A stretch of 64,000 bases of DNA from Botryllus schlosseri (lineage: Eukaryota). Below, one piece after another: positions 1 through 12,466 of the stretch. Location: positions 9,796,001-9,860,000 of the forward strand of contig CM119382.1 in assembly GCA_051294905.1 (NCBI GenBank), written 5' to 3'. A model generated the notes under the pieces. It had not been told where the DNA came from and searched no databases. It saw only the letters and a list, made by a program, of their open reading frames with translations. The stretch's first letter is position 1. Every line of letters begins with the position of its first letter. A program made the translations under genes and the position numbers.

Positions 1-770
1 CCAAGTAATGTGGTTTACCTGCACAAATTAACATTGTATAGAGTAGGCCTACTTAAGTAGTTTTTGTAGTCCCACAACTGACTCATGTAGTTACAGTGTA
101 TAATTACTTCTACTCCAACACTACAACAGTTTTGTAACAAAACTAGATAGGGATATAGGGGACATATATCCATATGTATCTTTACATTTTACAGTTCATC
201 AACAAAGAAGTAGTCTAGTGCTTAAGAAGGCTTTCAAGACATATCGGGACAACCAGCTGTAACACTGCTCCAGATTATAATTTCAAATATTATATGTTTG
301 TTGCGAGTTTCCCTTCGTAACTATGGCATGACGAAAATTTAATCAAAAGTGGTATTGGCATTTCATTTGTCACCGAAATATCGAGAATCGTCCTCGAGGG
401 CTGAAGTCGCTTGCGGGCTGCATTTTGGTCATCTCTACACCATCCCATTCTTGAAGCAAAACTACCGACTATTCACACTTTTGATTTAGCAACGTAGAAA
501 GTATTTTTTGGCAGAGACGGTTTAGTGAAAAAGTAAGTAGTTGTCTAGGGATACTTTTGCCTAAAAATTGAAAACCGCAAAGTAGAACTAGAAGTCGTTT
601 AAAATCACAACCACTTGAATAAGTAGTGCAAGTTGGCAAAACATACTCAAGTAGCTACTTCAAAGAAGCAGAAGTACTTTACTACTGGCCAACTCTGGAT
701 TTGAGGCAGGTCTGCGTCACTTGATATTGTAATATCAACTGGGCGAAATAGTGTCAAGATAGCCGATTAC

Positions 771-1166
771 TAGGGCAAGTTTTTGTTGCAGTTAAATCCG
801 TGGAAAGTTGCATTTATTTATTTATTTTTGACAAAAGCTACACTAATAAAAGACCACATTTTGCTCGGTTGACTAAAAAAAAAAGGTCAATTTACCGGCT
901 CAGCTCCCGAAATACCTGTACTTCGGTGCTGATTTACGGTGTTTCAATCGAATTTGGACGTGTATTTCACCAAAACCGAAAATACTTTCATGAAAAATCG
1001 AAAAAGCTGCAAAATGTTGCAAAGAGTTGCATGAAAAAAATGGACAAAAGTTGCAAAAAGTTGCACTATAAGATTCCTTCAAACAGCTTAAAACAGCATT
1101 CCACATATCTTACGAGTATTTAGGAAGCTGCCGGAAGCTGTAAAAAAAGTTGCAAAACTTGCCCTA
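771..1166. mobile_element. Non-autonomous hAT MITE, 396 bp
   Basis: TIR TAGGGCAAGTTTT / AAAACTTGCCCTA; perfect 8-bp TSD CCGATTAC (763-770, 1167-1174); internal AAAAGTTGC repeats. Confidence 0.9.
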
Positions 1167-1489
1167 CCGATTACATTTTCGAAAATCGCACATTTTCGAA
1201 GTGTTGGTGGTCCTTTTGTGTTAGTTAGTTTGCAAAGAAGTGTCTCGCAATAAAGGAAGCAGCCTGCCTTCAGCCGATCAATGTTAGTAGCATAGAAACA
1301 ACGCCTTGAAAACCAATAGAGTGCTTTGGACACCTTTCCTTTTTAGTTGATATAGTTTTCTAATGACTCGAAAATCACCACTTTTATTGTTGTAATCATG
1401 TCAAAAATTATGAATTTTTCTTATACTTCTACTAGAGCGGCAACTGCGATTACTTTGACCGACTCGTGCAAAGGATATTGTGGACTTAC

Positions 1490-2507
1490 CAAGAACAAGT
1501 GCCTCAGCATCGTCTTCCGGTATCGGGTCTGTTACATTTTCCGTCGGTGTGGGATTCGTTACGTGGAAATAGTCGTTGGGACTCTGGGCAGAAACGGATG
1601 CGTCAGATGCGCTCGATTGGTCAGAACAGTCGTTGTTGGCAGTGGCGCTGTTAAAAGAATTCAAGTGAGGACGGGCAAAATCGAGTACCGGTACTGGAGT
1701 AACTAAAATCCAAGTCACGTATCAAGCATTGAGTTGCATAGGCGGCTACTGCTTATTATGACACCACATTAGTAACACGACTTGAATGTTTCAATTTGAA
1801 CATATCTTTTACTCCACAAGGAAAATGATGCCAGTTGCATTGCCACGTGAGCCAAAACTATTTTGTTGCGTTTAGTGGCTCAGTGAGGGTCTAAAATTAC
1901 GACAGAAATGATGAACCATGAACATTCGTAGCCTTATGCTACTGTTTTTAGAGGCATATATTTTAATTACTCGTAAAAATCAACTGTTTGAATTGAACCA
2001 TTAAAATTGATACTTAATTCGAATACTCAAATCAAAGAGACTGGTCCTATATAATAATATTTTCGGATGGTAGCGGATTGAGACTTCATGTAATTATGTT
2101 GCAGAACGTGGGGTACATGAAACGGGGGAATAATAGTACTACCTTTTGCAATCTACATATGGATCTAGAAACGACATCTTTTCATAAAGATCCCATCTCG
2201 GGAGGTGACTTTGTCCTGCCCCTAATTTGGCATTGTCCTCTCTTTTTTTCTTAATTCTCCGGTATTTGTCTCTCAGCATTTTCCATCTGGATTTTACGTC
2301 TGGCACTAAAACAAAAGACAGTAAATTTCCTTTTCTAGCCCCTGAATCAAATCAACAAGTGCAGCACTCACTTGGGATAGAAAGTACATTAGATATCGCA
2401 TTCCACGCTTTGGCCTTTACAAACTTGCTGTAGTAATTGACGTTGCCGGGATCATACAGACAAGGAAATTGCCTGACAGCTTGAATTATAATCTCAAACG
2501 ATTCCAT
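1490..2507 (-). CDS. MADF (Myb/SANT-like in Adf-1) DNA-binding protein, spliced; 3' end unresolved
   Basis: Exon 2372-2507 reads MESFEIIIQAVRQFPCLYDP...KAKAWNAIS. A 66-nt GT-AG intron follows, then exon 2143-2305 reading VKSRWKMLRDKYRR...WDLYEKMSFLDPY (classic MADF plus downstream W..Y..M.FL motif). A probable microexon 2027-2046 and an acidic/Ser-rich exon 1490-1702 follow. Confidence 0.85.
2027..2046 (-). CDS. Putative 20-nt microexon of the MADF gene (RTSLFDLI)
   Basis: Acceptor attattatatag, weak donor gtattc. It is the only segment I found that converts phase 2 to phase 1 between exons 2143 and 1702. Confidence 0.45.
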
Positions 2508-2723
2508 TTTTGTATCTACGTCACCAGCACTACAACGAAACTGGGTTGCCAGCAGGAAATCATGAAAAAACAGACGCAAGCACTAAAACAGTTCCAATAA
2601 CAATCTCAGTATGCCACATACTACTCCTACAATGAAGTAGCTGCAAAATATAGAATACAAGCCGTCACTGCCAATGCGAAGAAACTTTCAGTTCCTAATA
2701 TCGATATTTAGGCCAAAAATGAT

Positions 2724-5527
2724 GGCACTTCTTCGTTATTCCCCACACATCAAGAAGTGATCCCAATGAAACCAATAAATGTTTCCAATAAACGTCAAAA
2801 TAAATGGTTTTTTGCGTTGGGGTGGGGTAGACGGATATTAGGGATGGGGGAGGGAGATACTAGGGTGGGTTAGGGTCAGCTTTGGAGTTGGGATATCCTA
2901 AGATTAGGTTCGGGAGATATTAGGTTTGGGGGAAGGGGGTATCAGGGTGCGGGTTATGGTCAAGCTGAGGCTAGGATATCTTAAGATTAGGGTTGGGGCC
3001 TGGGGGTATTGATGTGGGTTAGGGTCAATGTTGGGTTTAGGGTATCCTAAGATTAGGGTTGGGTAAGAGGATAGGGTGGGGAGGGGGTTATTAGGGTGGG
3101 TCAGGGCCAAGGATGGGGGTTGGGATAACCTAAGATCAGAGTTGGGGGAAGCGGGTATTAGGGTGGGTTAAGGTCCAGGTTGGGTCTAGGATACCCTAAG
3201 ATTAGGGTTTGGGGAGGGGATATTAGGGTTGGGCGTGGGTGATATTAGTGTTGGGGTATCCCAAGATTAGGTTTTGGGAAGGGGGATATTAGGATTGAGG
3301 GCGAAGGTTATTTGGGTTTAGGGTATCGGAGTAATTCCCTCTCAACATGCAAACGCCCGTCTCCACACCATTTCAGATCAAATTGAAAATTTTCACATCG
3401 ATCAGGCATTAAATTTAGTGCATAGCAAACTTTGTTTCAAGAAAATCGGACAATTCGTTACAGAGTTATTGAATTTGAAAAATGACATTTTGTGCTCACT
3501 CGGCCGTGACGCTATACTGCTTGGAACCTGTGTCTAATTGTAATTAACATTATAGTGATAGACCTAAATTTTTAAACTTTAGTAATGGGGTTAGGGGTCA
3601 AATGTCAATTCAAAGTCATCATGTTTTCAAAATCAGCCATGCGTAACAAATATGCAACTCTGCCTAGCGTAATTCTATTTAAACCGATTTTTTCGAGGAA
3701 GGTGTCAAATGGAAGCTTAGAAAGAGTAGAACGTTGCTGAATTGGTTTTGCATGTGATATGTGACTGCCACTTGTCTAAAACTTCATTGAAAAGATGCGC
3801 TCTAAATAGTGCATGACCTGTTCTGCATGAAGTGTCAAAGTATATTTTTAACCGTGTTCCTGTCTTATATTCAATTCATAACCAATTCTGATGGATTCTA
3901 ATTGGTAACAGCTTTCATATGACACCTTACTTATGAATTTTGAGTTAGATAGAGTTGTGCCAGAGAGTTCAGAAATATCGTCACGCATCACTGATTTTAA
4001 CATACTGGTATGTCAATTTTCAAATCAAGATTTGAACCTTGATTCTGTAATGCGGAGGGGAATTCCTAGTGAGTGAAGAACATGTACCACCAATAATTGC
4101 TTACCAGCATTACTACCTGCAGCCTGTATAAGTAATGATTTTAGCAGTTAATATTATACGCAAATTTCATGGTTGAGTAAGCACGAAATCCTCATTCTTC
4201 ATACTGCAATTGCTCAAGAACCGATCAATAAAGTTATATTAATTAAATTCTATTCTAGTCAGAATTGGGTACTTTAGTTGTACATGATATTGCAGAGAAA
4301 TCTGAGAGGGTGTGAAGACGAATTGAAATATTATTTGGATGTTGACTCGAATTACCGATAGTCGGTAAACCCAGAAGCACCCTTGCAAGCATAATGCACA
4401 TGCAATAAATAAAAGTACTCTCTGAGCATGGCAATAATTATCTACTGAAACAAATTATCATATAAGGAGTAGAATAATGGCAAAATCAGATAATCACTGA
4501 ATTAAAATAATTAAATTTAATTAAAAAATGACCTATTTTGCATTATGCACCATATTATATTTTTAACCATGTTGCTGTCAAATATCAATAATAAAACTAA
4601 GTTTCGTGCATTCTAGTTGGAAACAGCTTTCAAATGACACCTTGCTTGTGAATTTTGGTTTAAATAGAATTGCACCAGATGAGTTGAAAAATATCGTTAT
4701 GCATCACCGATTTCAACATATGCCAATTTTGAAATCGCGTTTTGAACCTTGACCCAATACTGTGGAGCGGGGAAATTCGTGGTAAGTGAAGAAGATGTAC
4801 CAAAAATTATTGCTAAATATCATTCAAACCTTTACTCTACGTAACCTCTGAGCTATATCAGTTACAATCACACACAGGTTTTGTGTTGCCAAATTTCATG
4901 GTTGAGTAATCACAGAATCATCATTTTTCAAACTGCAATAACTCGAGAGTCGTTCAACGAAATTTTCCGAAATAAATTCTGTTGTGCTCAGAACTAGATA
5001 ATTTAGTTGTATATAAATTTAGAGAAAAATCTGAGAGGGTGTGGAGACGGATTTAAAAAATATTTGCATGTTGACAGGGAATTACTCATCGTGTCCCTCT
5101 CCCCAACCCTAATCTAGGGATACCCTAACCCCAACTTTGACCCTAACCCACTTCAACCCTAATATCCCCCTCCAACCCTGATATCCCCGAACCCTAATAT
5201 ATCTCCTCCTTAAACTCTAATGTCCCCCTTGCCCCAGCCCTAATATCCATCTCTCCGAACCCTAATATCTCCCCTTCCCAACCCTAATATGCCACTCCCC
5301 CAACCCTACTATCCCCCACATCCAACCCTAAACCCCCCCTCCCTCCCCTAACCCTAATATTGTACTTGCCCAACCCTAATATCCCCCTGTCCCAACCCTA
5401 ATATCCCCCTCCCCTAACCCTAATATCCGTCTCTCCAAAGGCAAAGAAACAATTTATTTTGACGTGTTCACGGGAAACATTTCAAGGGTATCACTTCTCG
5501 ATGTGTGGGGAATACCAAAGAAGAACC
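2724..5527. mobile_element. 2.8-kb foldback element with telomere-like subterminal arrays (MULE-like by TSD length)
   Basis: Long imperfect inverted arms (TTATTCCCCACACATC...GACGGATATTAGGG). ATTAGGGTT array at about 2835-3325, mirrored by an AACCCTAAT array at about 5095-5425. Degenerate 9-bp flanks aaaaatgat / taaattgtt. Confidence 0.8.
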
Positions 5528-5646
5528 TAAATTGTTTCTAGGGAAGTAGAAGTAAGGAACTACACTATACCCAAGTCACCATTTAGTATACACGATATCT
5601 TTCAGGCGGATGTTTGAATTCAGTGTTCACTATGATAGCTCTTAAC

Positions 5647-6419
5647 CAGTGATTCCCAAACTGTGTGCTGTGAGCCTTTCTGGGATATTGGAAAAACAAC
5701 ATTCAATAGGCCTATACGGCATGCAGATAAGCAGATGCGACTTGAAAGCGGTATAACTTCTTCAGCAGGCTGATAAATAAGCACAAGTGGCCGTGTCCAT
5801 GAAACCAATCATGGCATTGCGATTGCCAATGAATAGTGTAATGTCCACATCATAACTGGACGTCTATGTCTGGATAAATTTTTTGATTCATTTCAAATCA
5901 ACTAATAGACTAGAAATCTTGCGACAAATCATGAGCAAGTTTTCTGGAATTCAACCTACTTCAACAATATACTCTCCAGGATTTCCTGTAAACAAATAAA
6001 GGTGGGTAGTCAATCTATTTGGAAGCCATAAATCAAGCAACCGTTTTGCAGAAGACCATCTCATTGATTTTCGAAACGCCCAGTTTTTTGAATCCCTGTT
6101 TTCGCGAAAATTTGTATTCCATAAGTGCAATCAAAATTTTATTGACATTTGTACCGTAAAGGGTTTAAATGTTTTTGTTGTTTTTTTCATTTTGACATTT
6201 GATTACAATAAAAATATGCGACCGAGACACATTGGTTGGAAAACAACGACGGAATGCGAGTAAGTTTGCAAACACTATTATTAAACATTGTTCCAGTCAA
6301 ACATATGGCTGCATAAACAAGCATAATGCGTACCGTACCCATCGCATTAACACGTGAACACGCGAGCGTTATATCATTTTTCTAGTGTGCCACAAGACGA
6401 AAAAGTTTGGGAGCGACTG
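5647..6419. mobile_element. Old hAT-like MITE
   Basis: Imperfect TIR CAGTGATTCCCAAACT / AGTTTGGGAGCGACTG; TSD not preserved. Confidence 0.45.
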
Positions 6420-6764
6420 CTCCAGGCTCTTGCCATATACTAACCGCTAGGCGCTAACAATAATACTAGTCAAAGTCATCAGACTGAATACTATGAACGT
6501 CCTACGGTTTTCAGATAAACCAATCATTTTCATACACAGATTTCATAGCCTCCTCAATCAAGGAATAAACATTGATTTGATGTAAGTTTACAACAAGCTC
6601 CCACCTCGCTCAAAATACAGATAACTAGCCTAGTAATGTACTCAAATAAAGCCAAAGCTTCACTCTCATCATCGACATTGCTATCTGTCAAGTATAATAT
6701 CAGTTATAATTGTTTGAATATAAGTATATAGCACGGTATATGTTCGTATATTGTACCTACATTG

Positions 6765-6810
6765 CGCCGACATTGCCGACATTGCGCCGACATTGCCGAC
6801 ATTGCCGACA
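6765..6810. repeat. Short tandem repeat of ATTGC(GC)CGAC
   Basis: Five 9/11-bp units are directly visible. Confidence 0.85.
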
Positions 6811-6919
6811 TTCACAAAGTAGATGGACCCATCAGCCTACCATCACAAGAAACATGGAAAACAGAATGGGTTGTTTTTGACATGCATCGCTGATCATTCC
6901 GCGGTCCGGTGTTTCTCGA

Positions 6920-8372
6920 ACCATAGTGTCCTATAATATGGTGTCGACACAGGCAATTTGACGGTCATTTTTGACCGGCTTGACGAGCATTAAATTTGGT
7001 AAAACGGGTATCAATCGAAAGCTGACTCTGCACTGATTACGAAAATATAAATTTTATTCCGCTCGTGTCCCTGGAACTCCCACAATCAGCCTCGAATTTT
7101 TCATTGTTATGGAGATTGGCATCGGGACGCAACAATGCTGTCTGGCTCTTTTTCTCTTGAGCTACGCTCTCGTTTCGCCAGACAGCATTGTTGCGTCCCA
7201 ATGCCAATCTCCATAACAATGAAAAATTCCAACATCTTTTGACACAGCAGATAGGGGGTCACGAAATAGCATCATGTAACGAAGTCATTATATCAACGAG
7301 TACGCCCGAAGATGTTTTATTATTATTTAGAGGGCATATCTATTCCAACACACCTCACTGGATCAGCTCTACCGGTAAATCTGATTATGTGAGCAGGGAG
7401 AGGATAAAAATTGATAGCAATATATATGCAATTCTCGATCATATTGTCCGATGCAATCATGAATTATATAAATTTTTCGCGCTTCGCGCGTTTAGGGACG
7501 CTGCTACTAAATGGGCACCCAATGTAGAAGATAAGTACCTGAAAAGCCTGGAGCCCTTGGGGGTCTGGGGGGCGAAGCCCCCCAGTAGTTGGTTTTATCA
7601 CCCTATTGGAGAGTGGTTGCGCACTGTTGTCCGAGGGCCTGCGCAGTGAGTTGGCGTGTTTGCGCAGGCTCTTAAAAAATTAGAGGGAACATTGCTGGTG
7701 TGTGCTCGCTTTTAGCGAAGCGCATAGAAAAAGTATCAACAGCGCCACGCATCTCTGGAGCCCTACGCAACAAGCGGGCTAAGGCAATCGATATCATAAT
7801 AATCTGACATATCCAATGTAGACTACTTAGACGTAGCCTACATATATCTCTATCAGCTGAAGGATATTGCGCGAAAATTGGTAGGGACCTAATACATTCC
7901 GTGGACCAAGTTCTACCCTTACAAGTCAAGGAAAGGCTGGTGTGTGCTCGCTTGTACCGAAACGCATAGAAAAAGTATCAACGGCGCAGCGTTTCTCTGT
8001 GGCGCGGTTGCACATTGCTATTGCCGCGACGTCAGCTGATCCCACTCTCGCCGCTCGGCCGCATCCTTGCTCTTGAGCTAGTCTCTCGTTTCGCCAGACA
8101 GCATTGTTGCGTCACACTGCCAATCTACTCGACAATGAATAATTGGGGGCTGATTGTGGGGGTTCCAGGGCCGCGAGCGGAATAAAATTTATATTTTCGT
8201 AATCAGTCCAGAGTCAGCTTTCGATTGATATCCGATTCATCAAATTTAATGCTCGGCAAGCCGGTCAAAAATCACCGTCAAATTGCCTGTAGCCAAATGG
8301 AAACTGTGACGTGATACAATTTCATTGAACCGTGCGATTTGCTTGTGTCGACACCATATAGGACACTATGGT
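6920..8372. mobile_element. Foldback/MITE with ~230-bp TIRs starting ACCATAGTGTCCTATA, carrying an internal hAT-family fragment
   Basis: 6920-7146 is the reverse complement of about 8092-8372 (with one internal insertion in the right arm); no clear TSD. Confidence 0.8.
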
Positions 8373-8921
8373 CACACGTTCAGGTTCGTGTGAACGCGAA
8401 CCTTTTTGAAAGGTTCTGTGTGAACGCGAATGTGAACCTCGTGACGTCATGTGACGTCATATTGCGAATTCCAACCCTACATTTTAGTGAAGTGATAGCC
8501 TATAGCACGCGTCCCTAGAACTAGATATCCCAGTCCAAATCCCTCCATTTGGCGTACCGATTCTACAGAAATTTTTAGGTAATCCTATTATACTAGGATT
8601 AGCATATGCATGCATGCACAGATCGCGTGTATGTCTCTCATGTGTCTGTGTATATGCTGCACAAACATCAAGGACAAAAATAAACTATGTCCTTTCCTAC
8701 TAAGACAATTCTGTTTGGAAAAATCCTACGTCCGGATCCAGTCCGGCTATGCTGCAATCATTGATATCCTAGTCTCGTTCCAGTTTCTGAATCATAATGT
8801 GATCACTTCTGCTACAGAGCTGTGTAGAGAACTTAGCAGTGCTGCGTACGCTCATGAAGTCAATCGAGGATAATCCGAGATTTATCAACGAAAAACCCAA
8901 ATACCTCCGCTTCTACTAGTT

Positions 8922-10122
8922 CAGGGTTCTCAAAGGGTGGGCCACAGGAGCATTTGAGGTGGGCCACAGAGCTATTTGGAATATTGTAGAACTAGTGAAA
9001 ATTTGGTTATATTTGTTATGTTATTCACTCAAAAATATATTCATATTAAGTTTTTCATCGGACTCTGATGGGACATAATGGCACGTATGGAGTCACAATC
9101 TACAAGTCGAAAATGGGAGGAGAAACGGAGGCTTTTATCCCCCAGCTACGACAGCCTACTGATAACGGTGACGAAAATAATTTCGATTATATATTACCTT
9201 GAAGTTAGTGCTGAAGTGACCAAGTATTCTGGCAGGGTCGTATGTCGTATGCCGTTGAAAGGGGTGTGCATTAAACTGGGACAGAAGTGTATTTGATGTG
9301 GATTTACGGCACCTTGGCAGGTCCCATTATTGTAATATAAAAATAGTCATAATCGCAATTTATTATCAATTCAGCTTCCTATCGAAGTATACGGCACCAC
9401 TACAACGAATCGTAATGTATATTGAGGATTTAGAGCAGCATATTAATGTTTGGAGTCGGTTTAAAATTTCCGGCCTTGAAATCATTGTACATAATGTAAG
9501 AGCCACATGAAATGATTGTACCATTGAATTGAATGTTCTGACATGGCAACTTCAGTAGATACAGGACATACTATATGTACAATATGTACATTGTACAGCT
9601 TGAACATTGAAATTTTCTTTCTCGACACCTGTGCAGTATCCTTTTCACCAAAGAACTGTTGGAAGCTGGGCCCAGCCCCAATCCGCACCATAGTGGAAGT
9701 AAAACCGCAATCACACAGTGGATGCGGGGATTAGATTATTGGGCTTCGCGGCGTGAGTGGAACAGCGGCCATATGAATGTACACAATACTTATACGATCT
9801 ACCAGGACCGTAACTGCTGCACCTAAAACTCCTAATTGGGGGAGCTCCAAGGGGTCCAAATTTCTTGTGTCGTTTGTTTGTTGGAGGAGATTTATTCAAC
9901 TTGTTCAACTTTTGTCGCGCTTCGCGCGATTTCATTACATTCAAGGTCTACATTTGTAATCATCAGTGAGAGAATAATGCGCATATTTTTAAGAAATAGG
10001 CATATCGGCGCCAGCGATAACCACGCCTCGAACGGGACTATGACTCTGGGATAAGAGGTCGGCAACAAAACATTTTCAAACCGGAAAATGGGCCACGGGC
10101 AAAGAACGGCTGAGAACCCCTG
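8922..10122. mobile_element. Buster-type hAT MITE, 1201 bp, with a nested partial CAGGGCCGTAAC-family copy from about 9803
   Basis: TIR CAGGGTTCTCA / TGAGAACCCCTG; 8-bp TSD TACTAGTT (8914-8921, 10123-10130). Confidence 0.88.
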
Positions 10123-11285
10123 TACTAGTTAGAATTGAGTCAATTTTTTTGCATCGTCTTTGAAGACAACTTAACAATTTCACGGCGCTGACAGAAAAAT
10201 TTGAATTTGTAATTAATTTTCCCCAATAAATTAAAATTTGTATTTGGATCTGCGAAGTCCTATACTAGTTAGAATTGAATCAAATTTGGTGTGCAGTGTT
10301 TTTAGGGTAAACTTATAATTTAATCAGTGAATGGCTGGAATCCGGAAAAAAAGTTATTTTTGAACAACCCTAGCGTCCATATATTCCTGATTTTGTATGA
10401 ATTTGTTGGAACGATTAGGAGCTGGGGAACATTTACGCCAATCTTTCAGCCTAACCGCTGCAAAAATCTACAATAAGACACATATAACTTCACCCTACCT
10501 ACAGTCTACACACATAATGCATTGCTGTAAATTGCTGGTGTACGACATTAACTGTGCAGACGCATCAACAGAGTTTTATAAGAACAAAGCCAATAAAATA
10601 TGGGCGAAAGCAGCATTATAACGAATATTCAGGCTATTGCAAATCAGTGTAACTTCTGCAGTTCCCTTTCTGATACGAATGCGGATATGCGAGGCTTCAC
10701 CTCGGAAAATGTTGCATCAGCGTAATACCAATTGTGTAATTGCAGATGAGCTTATAAATTTTGAAGATCGAATTGGCAATTCTGCAGGGCAGGGTTTCGA
10801 TTTCGAAACCCAACCTCCCCTAGGTACACCACTGCACACGACGTAACACCACACCAGTCACGATTCGACTGCCTTTATCGTTCCTAATTTTCTGCATGGC
10901 CAATACATATATGTGGTCTCAAATCTTATGTATGAGCAAGTGTCTGTCATTATCTCCAGGAAACCATATGGACTAACTCAGGGAAGCCCTGGGGTTCCCA
11001 GGAACACGAAGAACCGTTGACTTATACATTGCGACACTGCCACCTATGGACTGCACAGTGCACGGGCGCGTGACAATAACACAATGCAACAAAAAATGTT
11101 TTTGTTGTTTTCAGGTTCTACAAAGTGTCGAAAATCAACATTATTTCATATAAACTTTGTTTTTGATGTTTAGACAGAATGAAATTCTAAAATCGCAATA
11201 TTTTTTAGAAAAGATATCAAAGATATGGCTAAAGAACATCCAAGATGGGTGTTAATCACTTTCAAATATTATTATAACTCTTCCC

Positions 11286-11515
11286 CTGACTCATTCAGTC
11301 TACCTGAAAGAAGACGATGAGAATGTTAAGACTTTGTTGAATGTTTCAAAGTACAATCAATATAACTGGGACGTAGGCCTGATTGGGGACTTTAAAATGG
11401 TAGCGATTTGATGGGTGTGCAAGGGGAGTTCACCAAGTATCCCTGCCGTCTTTGTCTGTGGGATAGTAGGGCTACCACAGAACACTACATCAAGAAAATA
11501 TGACCAAAAAGGTCA
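11286..11515 (+). pseudogene. Decayed DNA-transposase fragment, Chapaev-3 (CMC superfamily)-like
   Basis: Reads LTHSVYLKEDDENVKTLL...YNWDVGLIGDFKMVA, then a frameshift near 11408, then LMGVQGEFTKYPCRLCLWDSRATTEHYIKKI*PKR. This matches from memory the GDLK...G(Y/F)TKY.C.LC.WDSRA..HY...WP motif; the family name needs a database check. Confidence 0.7.
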
Positions 11516-12067
11516 TTCCATACACAAACAACCGATGTACACATCACTACCTCTTCAAATCTCCTGAAATTTGGTACACGCATAGATGAGCTAATTCCAA
11601 ACAGGATGAATTTTATTTTATGAAAATTGGACTTTGGGATCAAAAGTTACGTCACTTTGAAAATTGACTATTTTCTGCTCATTTCCGGTCTGCACATCTC
11701 AGGTTTTATCAATGAAATATTCAAGAAGGTGTAGCTAGATGTTGGGTGTCAGTTTAGATACGGCACTTGGATTTATCTGAAGCTTGTCTGATCGCCTATA
11801 TTTCCAAGTGAAATTTAACACCCTGCAGGTTAGGGCCAATGGTTAAATTGAGGGGGAAATCTAAAATCAGTCAGGCGTTACACGATTTAGACTGCGGATT
11901 GTTCAAAAATTTATTAAAATATTTTGGAAAACACGATCTTAAATGAAAGTTTGCTTCAAAGAGAATTCGTTCATAGCTGTTTGAGTTTGGTTTTGAGACT
12001 GTAAAGTGATGAAATTGCAGTTTCAAGAGCACACTTCATTTGTTTGTACATGGAAATGCAGTACTAG

Positions 12068-12466
12068 TAGGGCGTGTTCAGAAACGAGTCTGGGGTGTGA
12101 GCGGACATCATGTCTCGGGTGGGTTCGGACTGTGTTGCCATTCGGACATCGTGTCTGGGATGAGTTCGGACTGTTTTGCCCCTCGGACATCGTGTCTGGG
12201 GTGTGTTCGGGGCATCATGTCTTGGGTGCGTTTGGACAGTTTTGCAACTCGGACATCGTGCCTAGGGTGTGTTCGTAATGTGTTACCATTCGGACATCGT
12301 GTCTAGGGCGTGTTCGGACATCGTGTCTAGGGCGTGTTCGGACATCATATCTTGGGTGTTAGGACTGTGCTGCCACTCGAACATCGTGTCTGGGGGGTGT
12401 TCGCACATCATGCCAGGGATGTGTTCGCACTGTGTTGCCATTTGGACATCGTGTCTGGGATATGTT
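12068..12466. repeat. Heteromeric minisatellite of 24-bp (CGGACATCGTGTCTGGGGTGTGTT) and 17-bp (CGGACTGTGTTGCCATT) units
   Basis: The units are directly visible and mostly alternate; both begin CGGAC. Confidence 0.85.

Noticed and set aside
2904-3110. Pro-rich ORF; also the Cys/Gly-rich ORFs at 12006-12556 and the ORFs at 44062-44667
   Set aside because: These are translations of tandem repeats and show no domain signal.
2835-5425. Interstitial telomere or chromosome fusion site
   Set aside because: The units are degenerate with non-telomeric spacers and are embedded in mirror arms with matching outer termini, so an element explains them better.
5700-6130. Possible hAT transposase remnant inside the 5647-6419 element
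   Set aside because: Hand translation gave only a weak RWSS-like word, with stops in all frames examined.
7188-7649. ORF sharing a peptide (KSDYV..E.IKID.NIYAI.DH) with ORF 26770..27048
   Set aside because: Both lie in copies of the same hAT internal module; other copies (about 18320 and 26570) are frameshifted, so the similarity is DNA-repeat homology.
12068-12466. CRISPR-like look of the alternating repeat array
   Set aside because: The intervening 17-bp pieces are themselves repeats rather than unique spacers; the context is eukaryotic and no cas genes are present.
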